A DNA stretch of 64,000 bases from an uncultured delta proteobacterium (GCA_963772835.1 CAVYYZ010000008.1:323652-387651); one strand, 5' to 3'. Counted from the first letter of the stretch, positions 50,608-60,800 are shown. Program-made: numbers and translations. Notes: a model not told the origin generated them from the sequence alone.

Positions 50608-52092
50608 ATGTTTGAATCAGCGGAGTTGGGCCACAAGATCAGCAAGGAAATCTGGAAAAAGGAACTTCCCGGGTTGCGTGAGGGGCTTCTGGATGCCCAA
50701 CTTGACCTGTTCCAGACGAAAAAGTTTCCGGTCATCATACTGGTGGCCGGTGTTGATTGCGCAGGCAAAGGGGAAACGGTTAATATTCTCAATGAGTGGA
50801 TGGACCCCCGTCATATTGAGACCCACGCTTTGCGTGACCTGACCGATGAGGAACTTGAACGTCCGCGCATGTACCGGTACTGGCGGGTGCTGCCACCCAA
50901 GGGGACGATCGGTGTTTTTATCGGTACGTGGTACTCCAACCCGCTGATCGACAATGTCTATGGGGTTATCAAAAATGCTGAACTCGATCAGCAGTTGGAG
51001 CGGATAGTCCGTTTTGAAAAGATGCTGTGCGATGAGGGGGCTCTGATCCTCAAGTTCTGGCTGCACCTCTCCCGTGACGGACAGAAGAAACGTCTGAAAA
51101 AACTCGAAAAGGATTCCAACACCCGCTGGCGTGTTACCCGGACCGATTGGGAACACTACAAGAAGTACAACAAATTCCGTCAGGTTTCCGAGCGGATGCT
51201 CCGCCAGACCAGTACACCGGAATCACCCTGGACCATCGTCGAGGGTACTGATCCGCGCTACCGGTATCTTACTATCGGCCAAGCGCTCCTCAACGCCCTG
51301 CGTCAACGTCTTGATGCCCCCGAACCGCCCAGACACGAAGAACCGATTCCGCCGATTATGCCGATGATTGACGACCTGTCGCTGTTACGAACCCTCGATC
51401 TGACGAAGAAAATTACTAAAGCCGATTATGGGAAAGAGTTGGAAAAGTATCAGGGGAGGCTCAACCTGCTGACGAGGCATGATGATTTCAAAAAACTATC
51501 GGTTGTGGTGGTTTTTGAGGGAAATGATGCAGCCGGCAAGGGGGGGAGCATCCGGCGCATCACCCAGGCGCTGGACGCCCGTCAGTACCGGGTCACGTCG
51601 ATTGCCGCACCCACTGAAGAGGAACGCGCACAACCCTATCTGTGGCGCTTCTGGCGGAACCTGCCCCGGAAGGGGCGATTTGCCGTCTTCGACCGATCCT
51701 GGTACGGGCGGGTGCTGGTGGAGCGGGTGGAAGGATACTGCACCCATACCGACTGGATACGTGCCTATGGCGAGATCAATGATTTTGAGGAGCAGCTGCA
51801 TCGCAAAAAGATGCTGGTAGTCAAGTTCTGGCTTGCGATCAGCCGGGAAGAGCAGCTGCGGCGTTTCAAGGAACGGGAGAAGATCAGCTTCAAGCGCTTC
51901 AAGATTACCGACGATGATTGGCGCAACCGGGAAAACTGGGAGGAGTATGAGCGGGCTGTCTGCGACATGATCGATCGTACGAGTACGGAGATAGCCCCCT
52001 GGACGCTGGTTGAAGCCAACGACAAGTATTATGCCCGCATCAAGATACTTGAGACGCTCTGCAGCCGGATTGAGAAGGCGCTGGAGAAGTAA
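50608..52092 (+). CDS. pap: Polyphosphate:AMP phosphotransferase (two-domain PPK2)
   Basis: MFESAELGH start; two PPK2 domains (GVDCAGKG; EGNDAAGKGG, DRSWYGRVLVER). Confidence 0.93.
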   Translation: MFESAELGHKISKEIWKKELPGLREGLLDAQLDLFQTKKFPVIILVAGVDCAGKGETVNILNEWMDPRHIETHALRDLTDEELERPRMYRYWRVLPPKGTIGVFIGTWYSNPLIDNVYGVIKNAELDQQLERIVRFEKMLCDEGALILKFWLHLSRDGQKKRLKKLEKDSNTRWRVTRTDWEHYKKYNKFRQVSERMLRQTSTPESPWTIVEGTDPRYRYLTIGQALLNALRQRLDAPEPPRHEEPIPPIMPMIDDLSLLRTLDLTKKITKADYGKELEKYQGRLNLLTRHDDFKKLSVVVVFEGNDAAGKGGSIRRITQALDARQYRVTSIAAPTEEERAQPYLWRFWRNLPRKGRFAVFDRSWYGRVLVERVEGYCTHTDWIRAYGEINDFEEQLHRKKMLVVKFWLAISREEQLRRFKEREKISFKRFKITDDDWRNRENWEEYERAVCDMIDRTSTEIAPWTLVEANDKYYARIKILETLCSRIEKALEK

Positions 52093-52136
52093 CGGTTCAA
52101 GATACCCGTCTTTACTTTCTTGCCACCTGTTTTAAA

Positions 52137-52168
52137 ATGACCTATATTTGGTACCTTAAATAAGTCAT
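52137..52168. promoter_or_regulatory. Imperfect palindrome, likely toxin-antitoxin autorepression operator
   Basis: ATGACCTATATTT-GGTACC-TTAAATAAGTCAT directly upstream of the antitoxin gene. Confidence 0.55.
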
Positions 52169-52183
52169 AAGTGAGGTCTTGTC

Positions 52184-52429
52184 ATGAATAAGTTATACGC
52201 CGGCGCTTCGGTCAGTATCAGCGAACTGAAAAAAAACCCATCGCGTATTATCGGTCATGCCGGGGGTGCCCCGGTGGCTATCCTTAATCACAATAAGCCC
52301 AGCGCCTACCTGATTCCTGCAGAAGCTTTCGAGGCGTTGATGGAAAAGTTTGAGGATTATGAGCTTGGTCGTGTCGTCAAAGAAAGAGAACACGAAGCAA
52401 CCGTCAAGGTAACGCTGGATGATCTATAG
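52184..52429 (+). CDS. Phd/YefM-family antitoxin (StbD-like)
   Basis: SISELKKNP..PVAILNHNKPSAYL..VKVTLDDL. Confidence 0.9.
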   Translation: MNKLYAGASVSISELKKNPSRIIGHAGGAPVAILNHNKPSAYLIPAEAFEALMEKFEDYELGRVVKEREHEATVKVTLDDL

Positions 52430-52709
52430 TCTCGAATTCAAGGAATCCGCTCTCAAGGAGTGGAGCAGGCTTGATGGCAGTATCCGGGAGCAATTCAAGA
52501 AAAAGCTGGCTGAACGGCTTGAGCTCCCGCGGGTAGAGTCGGCCCGGCTTTCCGGAATGCCGGACTGCTACAAAATCAAGCTGAAGAATGCCGGTTACCG
52601 GTTGGTATATCAGGTTGATGATCTGCACATTGCGGTCATCGTTGTGGCGCTCGGTAAGCGTGAGAACCTGGCGGTGTATCGGGTAGCGGAGAAACGGCTG
52701 CGGGAATAA
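52419..52709 (+). CDS. RelE/StbE-family toxin
   Basis: YSLEF..ALKEW..CYKIKL..GYRLVY..GKRE; overlaps the antitoxin gene. Confidence 0.92.
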   Translation: MIYSLEFKESALKEWSRLDGSIREQFKKKLAERLELPRVESARLSGMPDCYKIKLKNAGYRLVYQVDDLHIAVIVVALGKRENLAVYRVAEKRLRE

Positions 52710-52735
52710 AAGAGACAGGAGCAGAGGTCGTAGAG

Positions 52736-52768
52736 AACGCCATTCGGGCAACCGGTGGCGTTTTTTTT
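52736..52768 (+). terminator. Rho-independent terminator
   Basis: AACGCCATT-CGG-GCAA-CCG-GTGGCGTT plus T-run. Confidence 0.85.
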
Positions 52769-52843
52769 ATCAAAAATAGAGCATATGACGTATTGTGACG
52801 TATCGATGTGGTACAAAATAAACTGCATGAAAAGAGGAAAATT

Positions 52844-53365
52844 ATGAGTAACGTTTCCCGATATATTGCTGTTGATGTGGAAACATGCGGATTGCCTGCC
52901 GGGCGCGGCGGGCGGGTTGTTGAAGTCGGCGCCGTCGTTCTGGAGGGCGGCGTTGTCGTGGCCGAGATGAACAGTCTGATCGACACCGGGGCAGTGATCC
53001 AGTACCGGGCGTTTCAGGTACACGGCATTTCCGAAGCGATGCTGTATGGCAAACCATCCCCGGAAGATGTGTGGGGCAACTTTCGTGAATTTGTCGGTGA
53101 TACGCCGCTGATAGCACACAACGCGCCGTTCGACAGATCGTTTGTCCGGCACGAACTGGAATTGCTTGGTTGTGCCCTTCCGAACCAGTGGCACTGCACC
53201 GTCCGGCTGGCGCGCCAGAAGCTGCCACAGCTGCATAATCACAAGCTGGATACGGTGTACCGGCACCTGTTCGGCGCATTGCCGTTATCGGTGCAACGGC
53301 ACAGGGCACTGGACGATGCGAGGCTGGCGGCGCGGATCTGGGTGGCGTTGATGGGAGATTATTAG
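52844..53365 (+). CDS. DnaQ-like DEDDh 3'-5' exonuclease
   Basis: ExoI DVET, ExoII HNAPFD, ExoIII HRALDDA. Confidence 0.92.
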   Translation: MSNVSRYIAVDVETCGLPAGRGGRVVEVGAVVLEGGVVVAEMNSLIDTGAVIQYRAFQVHGISEAMLYGKPSPEDVWGNFREFVGDTPLIAHNAPFDRSFVRHELELLGCALPNQWHCTVRLARQKLPQLHNHKLDTVYRHLFGALPLSVQRHRALDDARLAARIWVALMGDY

Positions 53366-53477
53366 AAATATGTTTTAAAACAGGGTTGTGTGTTACGGTC
53401 GGCATGTTGTGGCCGATCGGTTGTATGGGGAGATGTGATGACGGGGTGTTTACGGTATTGGGGGAAGGCGGAGCGGG

Positions 53478-56153
53478 ATGGGGATAATGGATAAAATTAC
53501 ACCAAATTTTTGGGCAAAAACTGACAAAAACAATGACACTCGATGGCATCCTCTAATTCTCCATTTGCTGGATGTAGCGGCAAGTGCAGATGCCATTCTG
53601 GCGCGTGAGCCAGAAGCTACCCGGAATAGGATGGCGGCAATTTTGGGAATGGAATGGGTGGATGCTCGTCCCTGGCTATTGCTGATAATTGCCTGCCATG
53701 ATCTGGGAAAGGCGTGTCCCGGTTTTCAGTGTAAGTGGCAGGATATGACAGGGCTTCGATTGCCTCGTGTTCCAAACACAGATATTCATCATGCCTTTGT
53801 GAGTCAGGTAGCACTTGCAGAACTGTTGCAGGGTATGGGGTGGCCAGAAGTATTGGCGGAACTTTTGGCTGATGCTGTAGGGTGCCACCACGGGGAACGT
53901 GCCTCAGAAAATGCGAAGAGCAAAGCTGAGTACGAAATATATGTCGGGAGTGGCGAGCGGCTTGAAGCTGTTCGGAATGACTGGAGAGAAGCCCGCCAAG
54001 GACTTGTGGAAGCGCTGCGGGAGGTTTTTAAGCCTTCGCAGATGCCAACCAAAGAAACGCTTTCCGGCCCTGACTTCATGTTGTTATCGGGACTGACTAG
54101 CTTTGCCGACTGGATCGGTTCCAACGAGGAATGGTTTACTTTCGGTACTGTCGAAGATTGCGAGGATCTGCCGGGATGGTTTCAAAAGCGAAGAGGTTGT
54201 GCCGACCAGGCATTGGATGCAATCGGCTGGGAATCGAGAACTCCGCTGGCTAAGGAGCGAAAATCCTTTGAACAGATATTCGATCGCACCCCTCGCCCTA
54301 TGCAGCAGGCCGTCGCTGATGCTCTCGCAGATTTGCAGGAACCCGCAATTCTACTGGTTGAAGCTCCCATGGGCGAGGGGAAGACCGAAGCGGCTTTCTA
54401 TGCGCATTTTGAACTGCAGCGCCGTTTCGGGCACCGTGGTCTTTATGTGGCTCTACCGACCAAGGCAACGGGCAATGCCATGTTTAAGCGCACCTTGAAA
54501 TTCATTCGCCAACAGGACGTTGACCGTCGGCTTGACCTGCAGTTGCTGCATGGCGGGACAGCGTTCAACGAAACCTTTCAAGATTTGCGACTTAGCGGAA
54601 TACATGACCCGGAAACGGGTGGTGAGGTCCGAGCCGGGGAGTGGTTCACCAACAAAAAACGGGCGCTACTTTCGGAATATGGCGTCGGAACGGTGGATCA
54701 AGCCATTCTTCCTATTCTGCCGGTCCGGCATAATTTCGTCCGCCTGTGGGGACTTGCAAACCGTGTCGTGGTCTTCGATGAGATCCACGCTTATGACGCC
54801 TACACGGGCACGCTTCTGGTTCATCTGCTGCGCTGGCTTCTGTCGCTCGGTTCGTCGGTGGTTTTGCTCTCGGCGACACTGCCACCAAATATCCGGCGCG
54901 AGTTGGCTAAAGTGGTAAACGCTTCTTTGCCGGAACAGGAAACGCAATATCCCCGCCTTTCGGTCTTTCGTCCTGGGGCCGTGGAACAAATTCATTTCGA
55001 GGCTGATCCCGCTCGCCGCATGACTCTGCGGTTGCAGGGTATTCCCAGTGATCTGCCAAGCATGCAATCAGCCCTGAAGGAGCATCTTGTCAATGGCGGT
55101 ATGGGGCTGGCACTGGTCAATACGGTGCAGCGGGCTCAAGAGCTCTACCGGCTTTTTCAGGACGGCGAGCCAATGGAGATTGATGATCAGCGTGTCGGAA
55201 AACGGCTTGCCAATGGGACGGAAATATTCCTTTTTCATGCAAGGTTCCCAGCAGATCGGCGACAGAAACGCGAGGACCTTGTCTTGGCGACCTTCGGAGA
55301 AGATGGCAATCGAAGCGGGCGGAAAATTCTTATTGCTACGCAGGTTGCCGAACAGAGTCTTGATCTGGATTTTGACGTGATTGTAACCGACCTTGCACCC
55401 ATTGACCTTCTGCTGCAGCGTGCAGGACGCTTGTGGCGGCATAAGCGCGAGAACAGGCCGGTTGCCGGGCCTCCAACCCTTCTGGTGGCTGGTCTTGCCG
55501 GTGAAGAGCCGCCATCATTCGGAAAGCCCTTGTGGTGGGGGAAGGTATATCGTGAGGATATTCTGTTGCGTACCTGGAGTCTGCTTCGGGAGGGACAACG
55601 TCAGGCCGTGACTCTTCCCGATGAGATTGATACGTTGGTGCAGGCGGTGTATGAGGATACTATCACCACTCCAGATTTCCTGTCAGATAGAATGGACAAG
55701 GCACTATTAGTTGAAGGTGAAGTCATTTCTCAGCGTCAGCGTGCCAATATGGCGATAATAGGATTCCCGGATGATGGCTCCTGGAAAGAGGTTAAGTTTG
55801 AAATGGCTGGTGAGGACGAACCGGGCTTGCATCCCACTCTGATTGCACAGACAAGGCTTGGCGAACCGTCCGTGACGGTAATTCCGCTTTTTCCGGCTGA
55901 TGAGTTCAGTCCGTTGACGCAGCCTGACTTCAACCAGGCCAAGAGCTGGTGCTTGCGAGCTATGAGCATTTCGCGCAAGGGGTTGGTTAATGATCTGAAA
56001 CGGCTTGGAGTGCCGGAGGGGTGGGAAAAATCAACACTGCTCCGGAACTTCTTCCCGCTGGTGTTGAATGATGAAAACAGCTGGATAGAAGATGCGACGG
56101 TGCGACTGGATGACGATCTTGGGCTGGTGTATGAAACAAAGGAGGTCAAATGA
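53478..56153 (+). CDS. cas3: CRISPR-associated nuclease/helicase Cas3 (type I-E)
   Basis: HLLDV, HDLGK, CHHG HD domain; APMGEGKT, DEIH, SAT, QRAGRLWRH helicase motifs (start may be 53487). Confidence 0.96.
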   Translation: MGIMDKITPNFWAKTDKNNDTRWHPLILHLLDVAASADAILAREPEATRNRMAAILGMEWVDARPWLLLIIACHDLGKACPGFQCKWQDMTGLRLPRVPNTDIHHAFVSQVALAELLQGMGWPEVLAELLADAVGCHHGERASENAKSKAEYEIYVGSGERLEAVRNDWREARQGLVEALREVFKPSQMPTKETLSGPDFMLLSGLTSFADWIGSNEEWFTFGTVEDCEDLPGWFQKRRGCADQALDAIGWESRTPLAKERKSFEQIFDRTPRPMQQAVADALADLQEPAILLVEAPMGEGKTEAAFYAHFELQRRFGHRGLYVALPTKATGNAMFKRTLKFIRQQDVDRRLDLQLLHGGTAFNETFQDLRLSGIHDPETGGEVRAGEWFTNKKRALLSEYGVGTVDQAILPILPVRHNFVRLWGLANRVVVFDEIHAYDAYTGTLLVHLLRWLLSLGSSVVLLSATLPPNIRRELAKVVNASLPEQETQYPRLSVFRPGAVEQIHFEADPARRMTLRLQGIPSDLPSMQSALKEHLVNGGMGLALVNTVQRAQELYRLFQDGEPMEIDDQRVGKRLANGTEIFLFHARFPADRRQKREDLVLATFGEDGNRSGRKILIATQVAEQSLDLDFDVIVTDLAPIDLLLQRAGRLWRHKRENRPVAGPPTLLVAGLAGEEPPSFGKPLWWGKVYREDILLRTWSLLREGQRQAVTLPDEIDTLVQAVYEDTITTPDFLSDRMDKALLVEGEVISQRQRANMAIIGFPDDGSWKEVKFEMAGEDEPGLHPTLIAQTRLGEPSVTVIPLFPADEFSPLTQPDFNQAKSWCLRAMSISRKGLVNDLKRLGVPEGWEKSTLLRNFFPLVLNDENSWIEDATVRLDDDLGLVYETKEVK

Positions 56154-57700
56154 GCCGATTTAACTTGATTGACGAGAAATGGATTCCGGTGCGCTTTCCC
56201 GACGGGAATCGTGGCGAATTGGGTATTCGCGACACCCTGCTGCGATCCAGAGAGATCGCTGCTATCGAAGATCCTTCGCCGTTGGTGGTAGCGGCCCTGC
56301 ATCGATTTTTGCTGGCGGTGTTGTACCGTGCCTTGGAAGGGCCGACGGATATTGACCAGGCCAAGGAGCTGTTCAAGGAGGGGTTACCTGGAGATAAGAT
56401 CACGTCCTATCTGGAAAAGTGGCGGGAACGGTTTTGGCTGTTTGATGAGAAGTATCCGTTTGGGCAAGTGCCGTCTGTCCCTGATATTGAAGCGGAACCA
56501 TGGACAAAGCTGACAGCTGAACACAACGCGACCTCAAATAAAGTGCTTTTTGACCATACGGATACGACTGCGTTAATCCCAATTTCACAGGCCTCCGCTG
56601 TAAGGTGGATTGTATCAACCTTGAATTTTTCAGTCAGAGGTGGGCGGGGATATAGGCCTTCACCTTCCGCTGATGGTGTAATGTGTATTCCTGTTGGAAA
56701 GGATTTGCAGCAGACACTGCTTTGTTCGCTTGTTTCATATCCTAATCGCACAATGGTTGATTCTGATTTGCCAATCTGGGAAAGGGAACCGTTACATTAT
56801 TCTGAATTCAAGTCAGGAAAGGAGCGGGTAGCGGAAGGATTTGCTGACCTTTATACATGGCAAGCAAGGGCAATGCGATTACTTCAATCAGATAACGGGC
56901 AAATATCAAAGGTGGCATTTATCCCAGGCATTGGACACGTCGAGTCGGAGTTGAGAGATCCAATGGTGCCCTATAAGGCCAGAAAAGATACTGGAATTGA
57001 ACAGATTGGGTTTGAAGAACGCGGTGTATGGGCAAGTTTTGATTCTCTATTGCCAGATGGTGATAGTTCTGATGGGTTGGAACCTAAAGTTATTAATTAT
57101 CTTGGTGCGTTATCAAGGTCTAAATTAATAGGTTCAGCTCTTCCACTCATGGTGATAGGGCAAAAATTCAAAAATGCTTCTGTAGAGTTTTGGCGTATGG
57201 AACGATTCACGTTGCCGATTGATATTTCTGAGAACAAGTACCTGAAATCAGAAATAAATGTGCTTCTTAACCTGGCAAATGAGGCTGGAAATTCACTTGA
57301 ATGGTCACTTCGTGAACTAGCCAAATCAATGATCACCAAAGGTGACCGTGAACTCATGCCGGACAAATGGGTAGCGGGCAAGCTGAAACCTGGAGATGTA
57401 ACTAAATTTATCAAAAGTACTAGCGTGTTGCCACAATTCTGGTCTCTTTTGGAGTCTCATTTTCAAACAATACTGAGCAATTATATTCTCGGTCATGATT
57501 CGGACATTATTCGTTGCCAATGGCTGAAATTTGTGCGCGATGCATTACAAACAGCCTGGAATCGATACAGTACATCTTTGTCAACTGGTGATGCCTGGGC
57601 TATTCGAGCGATTGAAAAGGCTCGGAAACCGGTTCGAGATAAGCTTGCTGAAATAAATGAAGAGATAAAGAAACTTGCACCTGAAAAGGAGGAGCCATGA
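56150..57700 (+). CDS. casA: Type I-E Cascade large subunit Cas8e (Cse1/CasA)
   Basis: FNLIDEKWIPV, ALHRFLLAVLYRA, F.LFD..YPFGQ, LFDH; operon position. Confidence 0.92.
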   Translation: MSRFNLIDEKWIPVRFPDGNRGELGIRDTLLRSREIAAIEDPSPLVVAALHRFLLAVLYRALEGPTDIDQAKELFKEGLPGDKITSYLEKWRERFWLFDEKYPFGQVPSVPDIEAEPWTKLTAEHNATSNKVLFDHTDTTALIPISQASAVRWIVSTLNFSVRGGRGYRPSPSADGVMCIPVGKDLQQTLLCSLVSYPNRTMVDSDLPIWEREPLHYSEFKSGKERVAEGFADLYTWQARAMRLLQSDNGQISKVAFIPGIGHVESELRDPMVPYKARKDTGIEQIGFEERGVWASFDSLLPDGDSSDGLEPKVINYLGALSRSKLIGSALPLMVIGQKFKNASVEFWRMERFTLPIDISENKYLKSEINVLLNLANEAGNSLEWSLRELAKSMITKGDRELMPDKWVAGKLKPGDVTKFIKSTSVLPQFWSLLESHFQTILSNYILGHDSDIIRCQWLKFVRDALQTAWNRYSTSLSTGDAWAIRAIEKARKPVRDKLAEINEEIKKLAPEKEEP

Positions 57701-58197
57701 GCAAATTTATTGAGTGGCTGGAAAAGCTGAATGAAAAGGATACGAAAGTTCGTGCGGTACTTCGCAGAAGTCTGGCGTTTGATCCCGGGGGGCATGTCCC
57801 TGCATTTCCCTACGTCGAACCATTCATCAAAGATGATGATAATCTGTGGCGACGAGAAATGCATTATCTGGTGGCCGGACTTTGGGCAATGAATTGGCGT
57901 GATGGGCGTAATGGCGTACCAATGCCGATTGGTGAGGCGTGTGCCATTTTTGACAAGGATAAGCGAGGTAAGATGAGTCCAGATGACCAGCGAAAGCTGA
58001 CCAGTACTGAAAAGCGGTTCATCACTCTGCTTGACGCTGATGCCGACCAGTTATCGTATCGTCTGCGGCAGATGATTGCCTTGCTCAAAGAGCACCAAAT
58101 CGATTTCGAAGCTCTATTGAAGGGGCTACTGTATTGGCATGACAAACAGAAGCGTACCCAAAATACCTGGGCGCGGGATTATTACCGGCACCTTTGA
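57697..58197 (+). CDS. casB: Type I-E Cascade small subunit Cas11 (Cse2/CasB)
   Basis: RAVLRRSL, EKRFITLLDAD, LRQMIALL, WARDYY. Confidence 0.92.
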   Translation: MSKFIEWLEKLNEKDTKVRAVLRRSLAFDPGGHVPAFPYVEPFIKDDDNLWRREMHYLVAGLWAMNWRDGRNGVPMPIGEACAIFDKDKRGKMSPDDQRKLTSTEKRFITLLDADADQLSYRLRQMIALLKEHQIDFEALLKGLLYWHDKQKRTQNTWARDYYRHL

Positions 58198-58242
58198 TTC
58201 ACTATTTCGCCATCAAAACATACAAAAAAGGAGATCTACGAA

Positions 58243-59391
58243 ATGAAAACTTTTATCGAAATCCATGCACTTCAGAACTTCGCCCCCTCTAACCTGAACC
58301 GTGATGATACAGGCGCGCCAAAAGACGCGTTTTTCGGCGGAACCCGTCGTGCCCGTGTTTCCAGCCAGTGCCTTAAGCGGGCAATACGAGAATATTTCAA
58401 GGCTCAAAATAAGGATTGGGTGGCTGACAGGACGAAGCGTGTAGTTGATGCGCTCGTTGATAGATTGTCAGAGGTGTTGAAGGATCACAATGACTTCTCG
58501 GCCGAGAACCTGTTTAAGGCAATTGAGGCCGCCGTGAACAGTCTGGGTGGCAAGAAAACAGTCAAGGTTGACAAAGAAAAGAAAACGACTGATGTACTGT
58601 TGTTTCTGAGCCAGAAAGAGATTGATTCGCTTGCTCAAACAATCAAAGAGTCCTTTGCTGATCTTCTCAAAGCTAAGCTGCCGGAGCCGGTGATTAAAAG
58701 TCTAAACGATGCTATTGACGGTGAAGACAGATCGCGCCTGAGCGTGGACGTTGCCTTGTTTGGGCGTATGTTGGCGGTCATGCCTGATAAAAACCAGTAT
58801 GCAGCCTGTCAGGTTGCTCACGCCATTTCGACGCATTCTGTAGAGCGAGAATTCGATTTTTACACCGCTGTAGATGACCGCAAACCCGAAGACACCACCG
58901 GGGCTGACATGATGGGAACTATCGAATTCAATTCTGCCTGTTTCTATCGCTATGCCGTGGTTGATTGGGAAAAGTTGGTTGCAAATCTCCAGGGCAATAC
59001 AACGCTTGCTGAAAAGGGGTTGCAGGCCTTTTTGGATGGTTTTGTAATTGCCGAGCCGACCGGAAAACAGAACAGTTTCGCGGCGCATAATCCGCCGGAA
59101 TTCATTTCTATATCAGTGAGCCGTAATACCGCACCGCGCAATCTTGCCAATGCCTTTGAAACGCCAATTTACGCCAAGGGGAAATCGCTTACTAAAGAAT
59201 CTGCAGACAAGTTGTTCGCCAAGGCCGCTGCACTGGATAAGCTTTACGACACTAAAGTCAATGCACGTTTTGCCGTTTCTGAAGATGTCTTTGACAAAAC
59301 GTACAAGGCAGAAGGCTTGGGTGAACAACTTGAAAGTGTTCCAAAGCTCATCAAATGGGCACTGGCAGAAGTTTCAAAACAGGAGGCATAA
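58243..59391 (+). CDS. cas7e: Type I-E Cascade backbone Cas7 (Cse4/CasC)
   Basis: SNLNRDDTGAPK, RVSSQCLKR, DVALFGRM, DFYTAVDD, PTGKQNSFA. Confidence 0.96.
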   Translation: MKTFIEIHALQNFAPSNLNRDDTGAPKDAFFGGTRRARVSSQCLKRAIREYFKAQNKDWVADRTKRVVDALVDRLSEVLKDHNDFSAENLFKAIEAAVNSLGGKKTVKVDKEKKTTDVLLFLSQKEIDSLAQTIKESFADLLKAKLPEPVIKSLNDAIDGEDRSRLSVDVALFGRMLAVMPDKNQYAACQVAHAISTHSVEREFDFYTAVDDRKPEDTTGADMMGTIEFNSACFYRYAVVDWEKLVANLQGNTTLAEKGLQAFLDGFVIAEPTGKQNSFAAHNPPEFISISVSRNTAPRNLANAFETPIYAKGKSLTKESADKLFAKAAALDKLYDTKVNARFAVSEDVFDKTYKAEGLGEQLESVPKLIKWALAEVSKQEA

Positions 59392-59392
59392 C

Positions 59393-60139
59393 ATGCCCAC
59401 ATTGTTGCTTCGCTTGGTGGGACCCATGCAGTCGTGGGGCACCACCAGTCGTTTTGACCAACGCGATACCGGTAAAGAGCCGAGTAAATCCGGAGTCATC
59501 GGTCTGCTGGCCGCCGCTTTGGGAATAGATCGTGAAGAGTGGCCGGATCTCGAACCGCTTACTCGCCTATCCATGGGTGTTCGTCACGACCGGTCAGGGG
59601 TACCCAAATATGATTATCAAACAGTTGGGCAAGGAACAGAAAGTGTGGTGTCTCCTGATGGGGAAATTCAGTTAAGGAGTCGAATGATTCTTGCAAATGG
59701 TAAGTACCCTTCTGGCGAGCATCTTGGTGAAGGTGTTCAGTCATATCGCCATTACCTAGCAGACGCTTGTTTCCTGGTGGGTCTTGAAGGCAAAGATGTC
59801 GCCTTGCTTGAAAAGATCCACACTGCCCTGCAAAACCCTTTCTGGACACTTGCTTTAGGGCGCAAATCCTATGTGCCATCCGAGCCGGTCTGGATGGCTG
59901 ACGGGCTGCAGGATGCTCCGCTGGTGGACGTTTTGGCCCGGTGGCCTTGGATCGCAAGCCAACGAAAATGGGAAGAGCCTCCCGATAAGCTCCTGGTTTC
60001 CTATGAGTCTGCGGATGGTTCCGGCGTTCTCAAGATGGATCAGCCGCTGTCGTCGTTTGCTGAACGTCACTTCGGATCACGGTTTGTACGCTCGGAATGG
60101 ATTCCCTTCCCGCAGGAGGTGCCAAATGTACCTGCATAG
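59393..60139 (+). CDS. cas5e: Type I-E Cascade subunit Cas5 (CasD)
   Basis: LRLVGPMQSWG, PSKSGVIGLLAAALG, DYQTV, YLADA, LGRKSYVP. Confidence 0.95.
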   Translation: MPTLLLRLVGPMQSWGTTSRFDQRDTGKEPSKSGVIGLLAAALGIDREEWPDLEPLTRLSMGVRHDRSGVPKYDYQTVGQGTESVVSPDGEIQLRSRMILANGKYPSGEHLGEGVQSYRHYLADACFLVGLEGKDVALLEKIHTALQNPFWTLALGRKSYVPSEPVWMADGLQDAPLVDVLARWPWIASQRKWEEPPDKLLVSYESADGSGVLKMDQPLSSFAERHFGSRFVRSEWIPFPQEVPNVPA

Positions 60140-60800
60140 GATACATATTGATCCACGTTGCAGGGAAGCCCGGCGAGACCTGTCAGATCCATACCAGCTT
60201 CATTCTACACTCTGCCGGGCATTCAGTTCGTCGGATAAAAAATGTCCAGAAGGTGAATTTATGTGGCGGCTTGAACCGGAGACTGATTCATCCGGGTGCC
60301 CGCGCATTCTTGTGCAAAGTCGGACTATGCCAGACTGGACAGGCATAGGTGTAAAAGGGTGGCTTGCAACCGCTGATCCGGCAATTGACTTGAAAGAACG
60401 ACTAAAGCTTGATTCGCTCAAAGCTGGGAAGCGCTTTCGTTTCAGACTACGTGCCAATCCTTGTGTTTCCCGTAATGGCAAGCGGCAAGGGTTGCTACGG
60501 CTGGAGGAACAGGAAGCATGGGTAAAGCGGAAAGGGGAAATGCATGGTTTCTCTCTGCCGCATTTAGCCTCTTTCGATTTTTCAGAATCGTCGCAAGAAC
60601 GGGTTGATGTGCGAGTTTCTCAGGAACAGATGCTTGGTGGTAAGCAGCATTCCGGCAACGGTATTCGGATTTTCTCGGTGTTGTACGATGGGATGCTTAT
60701 TGTCACTGAACCGGATAAATTCAGGGATGCGCTACAAAACGGCATCGGGCATGGCAAGGTCATGGGGCTTGGGCTTTTGTCAGTAGTACCGATAGGTTGA
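60126..60800 (+). CDS. cas6e: Type I-E crRNA-processing endonuclease Cas6e (Cse3/CasE)
   Basis: YQLH, FRFRLRANP, GIGHGKVMGLGLL G-loop. Confidence 0.95.
   Translation: MYLHRIHIDPRCREARRDLSDPYQLHSTLCRAFSSSDKKCPEGEFMWRLEPETDSSGCPRILVQSRTMPDWTGIGVKGWLATADPAIDLKERLKLDSLKAGKRFRFRLRANPCVSRNGKRQGLLRLEEQEAWVKRKGEMHGFSLPHLASFDFSESSQERVDVRVSQEQMLGGKQHSGNGIRIFSVLYDGMLIVTEPDKFRDALQNGIGHGKVMGLGLLSVVPIG

Noticed and set aside
59144..60125. N-terminal extensions or fusions on Cas5e (ORF from 59144) and Cas6e (ORF from 59871)
   Set aside because: The extensions overlap the upstream cas genes; real starts with RBS are at 59393 and 60126, so there is no novel fusion.
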